From the NCBI GenBank assembly GCA_035626915.1, contig DASPMS010000011.1, positions 16,179 to 80,178 of the forward strand: DNA of 64,000 bases, read 5' to 3'. Origin of the DNA: Opitutaceae bacterium. GTDB taxonomy: Bacteria > Verrucomicrobiota > Verrucomicrobiia > Opitutales > Opitutaceae. A program made the translations under genes and the position numbers. Of the stretch, positions 55,228-63,096 are shown in pieces; position 1 is the stretch's first letter; each line of letters opens with the position of its first letter. The notes beneath the pieces are model-generated. The model was not told the DNA's origin, made no database searches, and saw only the letters and a list, made by a program, of their open reading frames with translations.

Positions 55228-56088
55228 TCAGCGCGGTGCCGCGAAACGCCGGACCCGGGCGTGCACGTCGGCGCGAAACTCGTCGATGAGCCCCGCGATG
55301 TAGTCCGCGGGATCGAGGCCGTCGGAGTGGACGAGCGGCGTCAGGTCGACGCCCCACGTGAGCGAGTTCGCCGCGTCGACGGCGTGCGGCTGGTGAAACG
55401 TGGCGTGGGCGAGGCGGCGCCCCTGCACCGCAAGGTCGTAGCGCTTGCCGCCGGCGATCTGCGAATCGAACGCGCCGAGCAGCGCCGCCGCCAAGTGGGG
55501 CCGCTCGTGGGTGGGCAGGGCGACCTTGCGGTCGTCGCCCAGCCAGTCCAGATCGCGCCAGACCTCGCAGCCGATCACCCGCGGCGGGCGGTCCTGGACC
55601 GGCAACGAGCGGAGCGCCTCGAGGCAGCGTTGGAAGACCGCGATGTGCGTGTCGTGCTTGTCCGCCGGATTGTGCAGGTAGAGCCAGTGGGGCCGCGTCG
55701 CGGCGAAGAGCCGGCGGAGATCCCCGCGCACCTCGTCGCGGGCGCCGTCCTTCACCAGCGCGCTCGGGTGATCGAGCTGGAGGCACGCCCCATAGCGCCC
55801 GACCGCCGCGGCCGCGCGCTGCTCGTCGCGGCGGACGGCGCGCATCTGCTCGTCGGTGAGGCCCGCGTACACGCCCGAGCGCGGGCTGCCCGAACCGTTG
55901 GTCACCACCACGCCGGCAAAACCGCGGTCGGCCCGGCCGAAGCAGTGGGCGATCGCGGTGTGCGCCATGATCTCGACGTCGTCCTGGTGTGCGGCGACGC
56001 AGAGGTGGGTGATCCGGGCGAAGGCGTCGGCGGCGGAACGGCTTTCGGCGGGCAGGTAGAGATCGTGGCCGGGCTGGAAGAACTTCAT
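55228..56088 (-). CDS. PIG-L / LmbE-family deacetylase
   Basis: 286 aa with the metal-binding signature VAAHQDDVEIM and a later H..H region (NPADKHDTH). Confidence 0.75.
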   Translation of the reverse strand: MKFFQPGHDLYLPAESRSAADAFARITHLCVAAHQDDVEIMAHTAIAHCFGRADRGFAGVVVTNGSGSPRSGVYAGLTDEQMRAVRRDEQRAAAAVGRYGACLQLDHPSALVKDGARDEVRGDLRRLFAATRPHWLYLHNPADKHDTHIAVFQRCLEALRSLPVQDRPPRVIGCEVWRDLDWLGDDRKVALPTHERPHLAAALLGAFDSQIAGGKRYDLAVQGRRLAHATFHQPHAVDAANSLTWGVDLTPLVHSDGLDPADYIAGLIDEFRADVHARVRRFAAPR

Positions 56089-56140
56089 GGCGGGATGGGT
56101 GGCGACCGGAATTCCGGCGGAGAAAGGCGCGGCGGGGCGC

Positions 56141-58042
56141 TCAGGGATGCCAGCGGGCGAAGGCCTCGATCGCCTCGTATTCGGCGAGGCCCAGCGCGTC
56201 GTAGTGCTCCGCCAGCTGGCGGTTGGCGGCGGCGGCCACCTGCCAGCTTTCCGGCTGCGCCGCGCCGGTCGGGCTTTGGCTGCGCTGGCTCTTGTGATGG
56301 AAGGCGGCCCGGATCTTGTCCGAAAGCTCGCGCGGGCTCAGCGGCACCGCCATGTCGATCTCCTCGGCGGCCCACGCCTTCGCCGGCGGCCGATAAAGCC
56401 ACCCGCGGCAGTCGCGCTGCCAGGCATCGCCGGCGGTCTCGCGCAACGCCGCGCGGAGCAACTCGAGGCTGACGGACGCGACGGAGTTGGGATCGTCCTG
56501 CCGTCCGGTGGCGAAGATCTGGTGAGGCTGCAGTTCGCGGAGCACGGCGACGATCTGCGTCACGTCGGCCGTGGTGCTGCGGAACTGGCGGTACCGGCCG
56601 TTCTCGTAGAACGGCAGGTCGAGGAAGCGCACGGCGTCGGGTCCGATGCCGCTGATCTTGAGCGCGGCCTTCGCCTCCTCGCGGCGGAGGCGTCCCTTGA
56701 ACCGGCGGACCGCCGGGGGATCGTCGCCGTGCGCGCTCTTGGCGTCGAGCTGCGCGCGCACCTCGTGCACGAACGGCGCGGCGGGGGCGTTGTGCTGGCA
56801 GGCGACCGCGAGCGACAACCCGAGGGCGATCTTCACCTCGTCGTCGGGCACGGCCAGGCTGCCGGAGGTGAGATGGACGACGGTCACGGCGTGGCCCTGC
56901 CGGGCGAGCCGCTGCAGCGTGCCGCCCATGCCGAGGCCCTCGTCGGACGGCTCGGGCGTGAAGACCACCACGCGCTTCGGATACGGCTGCGCGCGCTCCG
57001 GGCGGTGGCGGTCGTCCGCGTCCGGCTTGCCGCCGGGCCAGCCGGTGATCGTGTGCTGCAGCTCGTTGAAGATCCGGATATTCAGGTCGTAGGCGGGGCC
57101 GTGCTCGGTGAGCAGCTCCGCCATCCCGTTCTCGGTATAGTCCTCGTCGACGAGCTTGAGGACCGGTTTGCCCGCGCGGGCGGCCAGCCAGACCGTGGCG
57201 CGCTTGATCAGCGCCGGGGTCCAGCCGACCGGGCCGACGAGCCAGGGGTGCTTGAAGCGGGTCAGCTCGACCGCGGCCGACTCGTCGATGACGAAGCGGA
57301 CGCTGGGATGTCCCTGCAGCAGGCTGGCCGGCAGCGATTCGCCGGAGGCGTGTTCCACCGCGCGGGCGACCACCGAGGCCTTCGCCTCGCCCCACGCCAT
57401 GAGGATGATGCGCCGCGCGGCGAGGACGGTGCCCACGCCCATCGTGATCGCATGGCGCGGCACGTTGGCCTCGCCGAGGAAGTCGCGGGCGGCGTCGTGC
57501 CGCGTGAGCGCGTCGAGCGTGACGAGCCGGGTCCGCGACTCGGCGCCCGAGCCCGGCTCGTTGAATCCGATGTGGCCCGTGCGGCCGATGCCCAGGATCT
57601 GCAGGTCGAGCCCCCCGGCGGCGCGGATGGCGTCCTCATAGGCCGAGCAGGCGGCGAAAACCTCGGCCCGCGCCGTGGTGCCGGAGGGCAGGTGGATGTT
57701 CGCGGGCGGAAGGTCGACGTGGTCGAACAGCTGCTCATGCATGAACCGCCAGTAGCTTTCCGGATGGGTGCGCGGCAGGCCGTAGTACTCGTCGAGGTTG
57801 AACGTCACCACGCGGCGGAAGCTCAGGCCTTCCTCGCGGTGCAGGCGGATCAGCTCGCGGTAGAGGCGCACGGGCGTGGAGCCGGTGGCCAGCCCGAGCG
57901 TCGTCGGGCGGCCGGCCGCGTCGTTGGCGCGGACGAGCGCGGCAATCTCGGCCGCGATGACGCGCGAGGCCGTGTCGGCGTCCGGATGGACTTCCACGGG
58001 AATGCGCTCGCGCTGCCGCGCTTCGGAAAGGGTGGGCGACAT
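56141..58042 (-). CDS. nagB: Long-form glucosamine-6-phosphate deaminase (NagB domain fused to LmbE-like C-terminal domain)
   Basis: 633 aa. The N-terminal half has LGLATGSTP, FNLDEYYGL, LQILGIGRTGHIGFNEPGS and ITMGVGT. The C-terminal half has a PIG-L-like fold (VVVFTPEPSDEGLGMGGTL). Confidence 0.85.
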   Translation of the reverse strand: MSPTLSEARQRERIPVEVHPDADTASRVIAAEIAALVRANDAAGRPTTLGLATGSTPVRLYRELIRLHREEGLSFRRVVTFNLDEYYGLPRTHPESYWRFMHEQLFDHVDLPPANIHLPSGTTARAEVFAACSAYEDAIRAAGGLDLQILGIGRTGHIGFNEPGSGAESRTRLVTLDALTRHDAARDFLGEANVPRHAITMGVGTVLAARRIILMAWGEAKASVVARAVEHASGESLPASLLQGHPSVRFVIDESAAVELTRFKHPWLVGPVGWTPALIKRATVWLAARAGKPVLKLVDEDYTENGMAELLTEHGPAYDLNIRIFNELQHTITGWPGGKPDADDRHRPERAQPYPKRVVVFTPEPSDEGLGMGGTLQRLARQGHAVTVVHLTSGSLAVPDDEVKIALGLSLAVACQHNAPAAPFVHEVRAQLDAKSAHGDDPPAVRRFKGRLRREEAKAALKISGIGPDAVRFLDLPFYENGRYRQFRSTTADVTQIVAVLRELQPHQIFATGRQDDPNSVASVSLELLRAALRETAGDAWQRDCRGWLYRPPAKAWAAEEIDMAVPLSPRELSDKIRAAFHHKSQRSQSPTGAAQPESWQVAAAANRQLAEHYDALGLAEYEAIEAFARWHP

Positions 58043-58048
58043 GGCGGG

Positions 58049-58966
58049 CTAGGGGGAGGGGCGGACGGCCGCGGACATCGCCGCCAGTCCGGAATCGAGC
58101 GTGCCGCGCGGCACGAAGCCGGCCGCGCGCAGCTTCGAGACGTCGGCGCGCGAATGCCGCACGTCCCCGGGCCGCGGCGCCGCGTGCTGGATGACGGAGC
58201 GCGAGCCGCAGAGCGCGATGATCCGCCGCGCCAGCTCGAGGATCGTGACCTGCCCGCCGTAGCCGGCATTGAAGACGCCGGTGAGCCCGGGCGTGGTGGC
58301 GACGAACACGTTGGCGGCGACGATGTCCTTCACGTAGATGAAATCGCGGGTCTGCCCGCCGTCGCCGTGGATGGTGATCGGCGCGTGGGCCAGCGCCCGC
58401 TGGAAGAAGATCGGCACGGCGGCGGCATAGGCGCCCTTCGGATCCTGGCGGGGACCGAAGACGTTGAAGAAGCGCAGCGCCGCCGTCTCCAGGCCGCGCG
58501 ACTCAGCGAAGAGCTGGCAGTAGTACTCCCCCACCAGCTTGGTCACCGCGTACGGGCTCCGCGGCTCCGGCGTCATCGTCTCGCGCTTCGGCACCTCGGG
58601 GTTGTCGCCGTAGACCGCGGCGGAGCTGCTGAGGACGACCTTGCGGACGCCGTGCTCGGCGGCGGCCTCGAGCACGTTCACGCAGCCGGTGACGTTGAGC
58701 TCGGTGCATTCCTGCGGGCGGCTGACCGACTCGGGCACGCTGACCAGGGCGGCGAGGTGGAAGACGTAGTCGACGCCCTCCATGGCGCGAGCCAGGAGGC
58801 CGCGGTCGAGGATCGAGCCCTCGATGAACTCGACGTCAAGGCCGGCCAGGTTGCGGCGGTGGCCGGTGCGGAGGTTGTCGAGCACGCGGACCGCGGCCTG
58901 GCCCTGGAAGTGCTCCGCGAGGTGGCTGCCGATGAAGCCGGCGCCGCCGGTGATCAGGATTTTCAT
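58049..58966 (-). CDS. NAD-dependent sugar epimerase (GalE/WbpP-like extended SDR)
   Basis: 305 aa. MKILITGGAGFIGSHL, a catalytic YAVTK, and SSSAAVYG. Its ATG overlaps the stop of the upstream kinase gene (ATGA). Confidence 0.85.
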   Translation of the reverse strand: MKILITGGAGFIGSHLAEHFQGQAAVRVLDNLRTGHRRNLAGLDVEFIEGSILDRGLLARAMEGVDYVFHLAALVSVPESVSRPQECTELNVTGCVNVLEAAAEHGVRKVVLSSSAAVYGDNPEVPKRETMTPEPRSPYAVTKLVGEYYCQLFAESRGLETAALRFFNVFGPRQDPKGAYAAAVPIFFQRALAHAPITIHGDGGQTRDFIYVKDIVAANVFVATTPGLTGVFNAGYGGQVTILELARRIIALCGSRSVIQHAAPRPGDVRHSRADVSKLRAAGFVPRGTLDSGLAAMSAAVRPSP

Positions 58967-60078
58967 GAGGGAAGATGGCGGCGGACGATCGCCTCCATTT
59001 GGGAGCGCTGCGCCTCCATGCTGGCGACGAGAGCGAACTGGTTGCGGGCGCGGTCGAGGTTGTGCCCGGGACGCCTGGTCCGGAAATAGACGTCGCCCTG
59101 CAGGTAATCCGTCAGGAAGCGCAGCCCCACTTCGAAGGTCATGAGCTGCGCGGCGCGGGCGAGATGCTCGATCTCGGCGCGCGTCAGCAGGCTGCCGGCC
59201 GCGCGCAGGTAGCCGTCCACGAGCGCGTCGAAGATCGGCAGCTGCGCGTGCACCCGGGCCAGGTCGGTCTCGTCCTCGGCCGCCGAGTTCGTCGCCGAGC
59301 GGACCATGTCGCCGAAGTCGAAGAGCGACAATCCGGGCATGACCGTGTCGAGGTCGATCACGCAGACGCCCCGGCCGGTGGCGTCGTCGAGCATGACGTT
59401 GTTGGCCTTCGTGTCGTTGTGCGTGATCCGCTCCGGGGCGTCGCCCGCCGCCTGGAGCTTGAGGAGCACGTCAACAAGGGGTTCGCGGCGGCGGACGAAG
59501 CTGATCTCGGCCGCGACCCCGCCGGCCCGGCCGTGCGCGTCGGCCGCCACCGCCTGCTCAAACGCGGCGAACCGCCGGCGCGTGTGATGGAAGTGGGGGA
59601 TCGTCTCGTGGAGCCGGGGACCGGGCAGGTCGGCGAGCTGGCGCTGGAAGGTGCCGAACGCACGGGCCGCCTCGCGCGCGATCTCGGGGGAGGTCACGAC
59701 GTCGTGGGTCGAGGCGCGCTCGAGGAAGACGTAGGCGCGCCAGTAGTTGCCCTGCGGGTCCCGGTAAAAGTTCTCCTGCCCGCTGCGGATCAGCGTCAGC
59801 GCCTGCCGGGGCGGCGTTTCCGGCGGCTCGGCGCGGATCTTGCCCGCGACGTGGGCCGAGACGCGCGCGATGTTGTCCATCAGGCTCGGCACGTCCCGGA
59901 AGATCCGGTGGTTGATCCGCTGGAGGATGTAGCGCGTGGTCGCGCCGTGCCGGTCGAACGTGACCGCGAAGGTGTCGTTGATGTGTCCGTTGCCGTGCGG
60001 GACGCCGGCGACGAACCTCCCGGCGAGGGGAAAGTGCGCGCAGACGGCGGCGAGATCGAAGGCGGAGACAGCGTTCAT
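58963..60078 (-). CDS. APH/ChoK-fold sugar kinase, N-acetylhexosamine 1-kinase (NahK)-like
   Basis: 371 aa. Motifs: GNGHINDTF, RYILQRIN, catalytic loop ITHNDTKANNVMLD, and VIDLDTV. Confidence 0.7.
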   Translation of the reverse strand: MNAVSAFDLAAVCAHFPLAGRFVAGVPHGNGHINDTFAVTFDRHGATTRYILQRINHRIFRDVPSLMDNIARVSAHVAGKIRAEPPETPPRQALTLIRSGQENFYRDPQGNYWRAYVFLERASTHDVVTSPEIAREAARAFGTFQRQLADLPGPRLHETIPHFHHTRRRFAAFEQAVAADAHGRAGGVAAEISFVRRREPLVDVLLKLQAAGDAPERITHNDTKANNVMLDDATGRGVCVIDLDTVMPGLSLFDFGDMVRSATNSAAEDETDLARVHAQLPIFDALVDGYLRAAGSLLTRAEIEHLARAAQLMTFEVGLRFLTDYLQGDVYFRTRRPGHNLDRARNQFALVASMEAQRSQMEAIVRRHLPS

Positions 60079-60090
60079 GGGGTGCGCCGG

Positions 60091-61485
60091 CTAGTTTGTC
60101 GCCGGCAGGGCGACCTGGACGAGGGCGCCGTTGCGCCCGTCGTCGCCGCTTTCGTGATAGCCAAAATACATCCGGCCCTGCTCGTCGTAAACGCCGCTGC
60201 CGGTGATGCGGCCATGCCGGTCGGCGCGGGTCCCCTGCGAGCTGCCGTTGAGCTCGGCGGTGAAGTCGGCGACCTGCCGCCGACGGCCGGTTTCCAGGTC
60301 CAGCTCGTACATGCGGAGGGCGGGCGCCTCGCTCAGGCGGCTCGGGAAGCTGTAGAGCTTCTTTTCGTCGGGCGACAGGACGATCGCGTAGCAGATCTCG
60401 ACCTTCAGCCCGGCGGCGCTCTGTTCGGGCGGCAACAGCGAGCCCAGCTCCTCCAGCCGCTCGTCCGCGGTATGGAAGGCGTAGAGGTTGCCGAAAAGAT
60501 CGACGAGGTAGAGCTTGCTCCCGTCGCGGGTCGGCAGGGCGCCGTAGAGCATTCCGAAGTGGAATTTGTACGCGGTCTTTTCGATTTTTCCGGTGCGCGG
60601 GTCGAACGCGTAGAGCGGGGCGTCGCGGCGGTCGTAGTAGCAGAAAAAGACCCGGCCGCGCGCGCTCGCGAAAATCTGCCGGGTGGGCTTTCCGCTTTGC
60701 CGGTGTTCCGCCACGCCCGGGTACAGGGTGGTCCGCCGGCCCGCGAGGTCGTGGATCAGGATGTCGCCGAAGGGGAACGTGAAGCCGGCCAAGCAATTTT
60801 GCCCCGGCAGCACCGTCAGGCCGATGATCCCCTGCCGGACCACGGAGATGCCGCCGGCGTCGGACTTGCTCAGATCCTCGAATTTGGCCGATGCGAGGTC
60901 GTAGGAATAGAAGTGCCCGCCGCGCCGTTTCTCCAGGTCGGCCGGCCCGTCGTAGCGGTGGTAGTCGTGCGAGGAGAAATAGAACTTCCCGCCGTGCGCG
61001 CGGAACGGCACGTGGATCTTCGCGATCGTCTCGCCCTCGAGCAGGTTTCCCTCGTCGCGGCTGATCTGGCGGAGGGTGCCGAGCAGCTCCCGCGCTCCGC
61101 TCCGGGTGTCGTACCGGAAGATCATCGTGTCGTGGGGATGCTCGTCGCTCTGGTCGCTGAACGCGACGTACACCCGCTGCCGGTCGTCGATGCCCACGGC
61201 GTCCCAGCAGGTCGTCAGGCGCGCCTGGGGCGGCTTGATGTCCTCGAAGCGAATGATCCGCGCCGAGGGCCGCGCGGACCCGGGAGCCTCCTCGTCCGCC
61301 CCGGCGGCGAGGGCCAGCAAGGCGGCGAAGCCTGCGAGAGCCCGGGAGCCGAGGCGGCGGGCGGACAAACAGGGGTGGCGCGCGCCGTCCCGGCGCGCCA
61401 CGGCCGGCCGCCCACGTTTGAAAGGAATCAACGGCGCGTTGGATGGGGATCCCTGAGTGCAGTTCATGTGCGTCCAGCACGGCAT
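60091..61485 (-). CDS. Hypothetical secreted beta-propeller-like protein
   Basis: 464 aa. It has an internal signal-like segment (RALAGFAALLALAAGA), and the true start may lie downstream of the annotated ATG. Repeated strand-like units occur (VYVAFSD, KFYFSSHD, HFYSYD, RVFFCYYD, LYAFDP, LYLVDLFGNLYAF, MYELD, MYFGY). Confidence 0.55.
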   Translation of the reverse strand: MPCWTHMNCTQGSPSNAPLIPFKRGRPAVARRDGARHPCLSARRLGSRALAGFAALLALAAGADEEAPGSARPSARIIRFEDIKPPQARLTTCWDAVGIDDRQRVYVAFSDQSDEHPHDTMIFRYDTRSGARELLGTLRQISRDEGNLLEGETIAKIHVPFRAHGGKFYFSSHDYHRYDGPADLEKRRGGHFYSYDLASAKFEDLSKSDAGGISVVRQGIIGLTVLPGQNCLAGFTFPFGDILIHDLAGRRTTLYPGVAEHRQSGKPTRQIFASARGRVFFCYYDRRDAPLYAFDPRTGKIEKTAYKFHFGMLYGALPTRDGSKLYLVDLFGNLYAFHTADERLEELGSLLPPEQSAAGLKVEICYAIVLSPDEKKLYSFPSRLSEAPALRMYELDLETGRRRQVADFTAELNGSSQGTRADRHGRITGSGVYDEQGRMYFGYHESGDDGRNGALVQVALPATN

Positions 61486-61508
61486 AGGCAGAGAGAAAAT
61501 GCGAGAAA

Positions 61509-61526
61509 ATCACACGCGAATGTGAT
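61509..61526. promoter_or_regulatory. Operator-like palindrome, site 6 (ATCACACGCGAATGTGAT)
   Basis: The 6-bp arms ATCACA/TGTGAT flank a central CG. It lies 24 nt upstream of the propeller / nahK / galE / nagB gene string. Confidence 0.5.
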
Positions 61527-61608
61527 AATCTCGGGCGCGCGAGCTGGGCAGACGTTGGCGCTTTGGGCTAACGGAGAAGGGCGGACGTCGGGCTTCAGAA
61601 CTATTGAA

Positions 61609-61681
61609 CATAAGGAAACGAAGGTAACGAAGAACTTGGTTGGTCACTCGACCGCTCCTTCGTTCTCTTCGTTACCTTATG
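61609..61681. repeat. Long imperfect inverted repeat built from 9-mer units (WAACGAAGR); 25-bp arms, 23-nt loop
   Basis: The left arm is CATAAGGAAACGAAGGTAACGAAGA. The reverse complement of the right arm is CATAAGGTAACGAAGAGAACGAAGG. They match at 21/25 positions. The element lies in a roughly 300-bp AT-richer intergenic region. Confidence 0.7.
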
Positions 61682-61792
61682 TGAACATCCGGCCGGCCGA
61701 CCCCCGGAGTGCCACTTCCTCCGCTTTCTCCTGTGAAAATCCAGCGGGCTGTCCGGGGCGCGGACGGAATCCGGTCGACGCCGCTGCCGTCC

Positions 61793-62263
61793 TCAACCGG
61801 CTGGGGGCGGGAGACTCAGCACCCACTCGGCGACCGCGTCCCCTTTGGGCGCGGGGCATGAGTGATCGCCCAGGACGGCGAAACCGCATTTCTGGAGGAC
61901 CCGGAGCGATCCGAGATTGTGCCTGGCCACGCGGGCGGTGAGAGGCCGGGCGGGCTCGATGAGCAGGAATTCACGCAGGGCGGCGGTCGCGACGCCGCGG
62001 CCCCAGAACTCCCGGCCGATCCAGTAGCTGACGAGCCGGTCATCGGCATCGGTCCAGGCGCCGATGTTTCCCGCCACCGCTCCGTCCGCGAGGATCGTGC
62101 GGCAGGCATTTTTTGCATCGGCGAGGACCTTCCGCCAGTGCGCCGTGAAGGCTTCGTGCTCCCGCGAGGGGAAGGCCGCCAGGCGCGCCGCCTCGGGATC
62201 GCGCTGGTGCTCGAAAAAGAAGGGGAGATCGTCGGCGCGGACCTCGCGGAGGGAAACGTGCAT
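61793..62263 (-). CDS. GNAT-family N-acetyltransferase
   Basis: In-frame ATG 62263..62261 (MHVSLREVRADDLPFFFEHQRDPEA). The acetyl-CoA-binding region is YWIGREFWGRGVATAAL, followed by N.GS.RVL.KCGF. Confidence 0.8.
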   Translation of the reverse strand: MHVSLREVRADDLPFFFEHQRDPEAARLAAFPSREHEAFTAHWRKVLADAKNACRTILADGAVAGNIGAWTDADDRLVSYWIGREFWGRGVATAALREFLLIEPARPLTARVARHNLGSLRVLQKCGFAVLGDHSCPAPKGDAVAEWVLSLPPPAG

Positions 62264-62441
62264 GGCGGGGAAGGGGAGCCGGCTGGGTGGGCATGCGAGC
62301 CGGAGGCCTGGCATCGGTCTTCCAAGCCCAACGGCCCGAGCTCAACGGGAATGTCAGGCGCCGGACCGGCGCGTTCTCAAGCCCGCGGTTCCTTCCCGTC
62401 GAGGCCGCGTCGAGCGATCCGAGCGACGCCTGGCCGCCGGC

Positions 62442-62930
62442 TCAGGCTGGGAGCGCGCTCGCCCGGTTCAAGGCACTTTGCAGGCTCCGGGCGAACAGCG
62501 CCGCCGTGCCGGCGATGCTGCCCGCGACCAGGGCGGCGAGAAGGCACATGAAAACTCCTCCGGGCCCGTCCTCTCCGTGGCTGAAGATGAGGATGATGAT
62601 CACGGCTCCGGCGACGAAACCGACCATGGCCAGCCCGCAGCGCTTGATCGCCCGCAAGTCCGCCACCGTGGCCGGAGAAAAAGAGCCCGTTCGCCGGACG
62701 TGCCCGAGCAGCCGGAACGCCCGCCGGAGCGCCAGGAAGTACGGGATCGAACCGACGTACACGTACGCCAGGAAAGGATCCTTGAAGTAGATCTCGAACG
62801 TCGTGGCGTTGACGTTCCGGCCCTCGAGGTGGGGCTCCCACAGCATCAGCCCGAGCGTGCCGAGGCCCACGAGCACGACGAGCCCCTGGAGAAACAATGC
62901 GAAACTGCCGTTCATGGTGGGCGCTTTCAT
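62442..62930 (-). CDS. DUF2975-family membrane protein
   Basis: 162 aa with four hydrophobic segments and a typical DUF2975 layout (FALFLQGLVVLVGLGTLGLMLW...IPYFLALRRAFRLL...FS..TV..LR.IK.CG). Confidence 0.65.
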   Translation of the reverse strand: MKAPTMNGSFALFLQGLVVLVGLGTLGLMLWEPHLEGRNVNATTFEIYFKDPFLAYVYVGSIPYFLALRRAFRLLGHVRRTGSFSPATVADLRAIKRCGLAMVGFVAGAVIIILIFSHGEDGPGGVFMCLLAALVAGSIAGTAALFARSLQSALNRASALPA

Positions 62931-63096
62931 GGGGCAAGGGTCGCCCGGTGCCGCGAAGGGAATATGAAGCGGCGATGAATTTCGCGTGAGATCCGGCTGG
63001 GGGTGCAGCGGGAAATCGCGGGCGCACTGCCCGAATTCGTGAAGGTCCCGGGAGCGCGCGCGTGCCAGAAATCGCGGGCCGTGGGCGGTGGGCTCG

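Noticed and set aside
56087-61941. Two plus-strand giant ORFs (56087..59089, 1000 aa; 58975..61941, 988 aa)
   Set aside because: They are antisense to nagB, galE-like, nahK-like and the propeller gene, all of which have unmistakable catalytic motifs on the minus strand. The giant ORFs are G/A/R/V/D/E-rich without motifs.
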